Shown in pieces: positions 63,088 to 64,000 of a DNA stretch of 64,000 nt; within the stretch, counting starts at the first letter, position 1; every line of letters begins with the position of its first letter. This stretch comes from the human T2T-CHM13v2.0 reference genome, Homo sapiens. Made by a program: the position numbers and the translations under genes. Below the pieces are notes generated by a model, which searched no databases, was not told the origin of the DNA, and saw only the letters and a list, made by a program, of their open reading frames with translations. The DNA is taken from NCBI RefSeq assembly GCF_009914755.1, contig NC_060926.1, one strand, 5' to 3'.

Positions 63088-64000
63088 CCCAGATTTTAAT
63101 TTAGTTTTATTTTCTACCTTTTTGTGATTATGTGTCTCAGTTTAACAAGCCTTTAGTTACATCTAGGTATAATCAAGGGCCTTCTGTGTGCCCAGTGGTT
63201 ATCTATGATTGGACTTTTTCTCTTCTCCCCATGTGCTCCCCCACCATTAAATTTTAAGGAGGTACTTTTTCCTTGTTACCTGCACTTTTTGAACAATAGG
63301 TTTCAGACAACTTACCCTTGTAAATTCCCTTTGAATTATGGCATTTTAACCATTTTTCACAAATATTGAACTTGAAATTTTAGAGCCATCAGGAGGGGCT
63401 GATCCTAGCAGCTCTTTTATTGAAATTATTCTATTGGTGGCAATAGGAGTTACTGGAGGGCACTGCCACCCAGAAACTGGATGAAACCAAGTCAGAAATT
63501 CTGAGTATAACTGACAAATGCTTTATAGGAATTTAGAAGGACATTGGGTAGTAGAGGGCTTGGGAAAAAGTAAATTCCCTAATTTCCTCCTCTGTGACCC
63601 ACATTTGATATAGAAATCATGATTTGTCTAGTATTGGACAGAATCACAAATAAGGATTAGTTGCCATAAAAGTTTTTCTAATTTATATTGTGAAAGAGCT
63701 GTAGTGCTGCATCAGAAAGGAGTCTCTGTTTGCTAGAAGAGCTATGTCAGCAGGTGAGGCCTAAAGCCTAAAGGCCTGAGGGGTGGTCAGGGATGGGAGA
63801 GAATGAAGTTACTCCAGACTTTCAAATTGTTCCTCACCCTTCACAAGACGGGAAGTTTCCTAAGGCTGAAGGAAGCAGCAGTCACTGAGTGCAGAATGTT
63901 TCTCTTGGTGCAGTGGGTTGTGACCACTCTCATTGTTGTTTTCTTCCTGTCCAGAGTGAAACAGGTATCCTTCAGAAATTTCATAGCATGTAGCCCTGAA

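Overview
Primate (almost certainly human) genomic DNA covering the 5' coding part of GPD2 (mitochondrial FAD-dependent glycerol-3-phosphate dehydrogenase) on the + strand. Five coding exons with canonical AG/GT borders splice into one open frame (6895-6996, 26820-26991, 41575-41699, 42999-43096, 44112-44275; about 220 codons with the GxGxxG FAD-binding motif), and the gene continues beyond the window. A candidate testis-type first exon and promoter (CRE/NR site TGAGGTCA, initiator, splice donor) lies about 2.5 kb upstream of the first coding exon. The rest is intron dense in Alu, L1, L2/MIR, ERV1 and MaLR LTRs and MER DNA transposons. I found no new multi-gene system. The most notable observations are an L1 insertion whose target-site duplication copied the exon-3 splice donor, uORFs in the candidate testis exon, and an in-frame exon 4-6 block flanked by inverted Alus. 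Repeat subfamily calls come from recalled consensus sequences and repeat boundaries are approximate.
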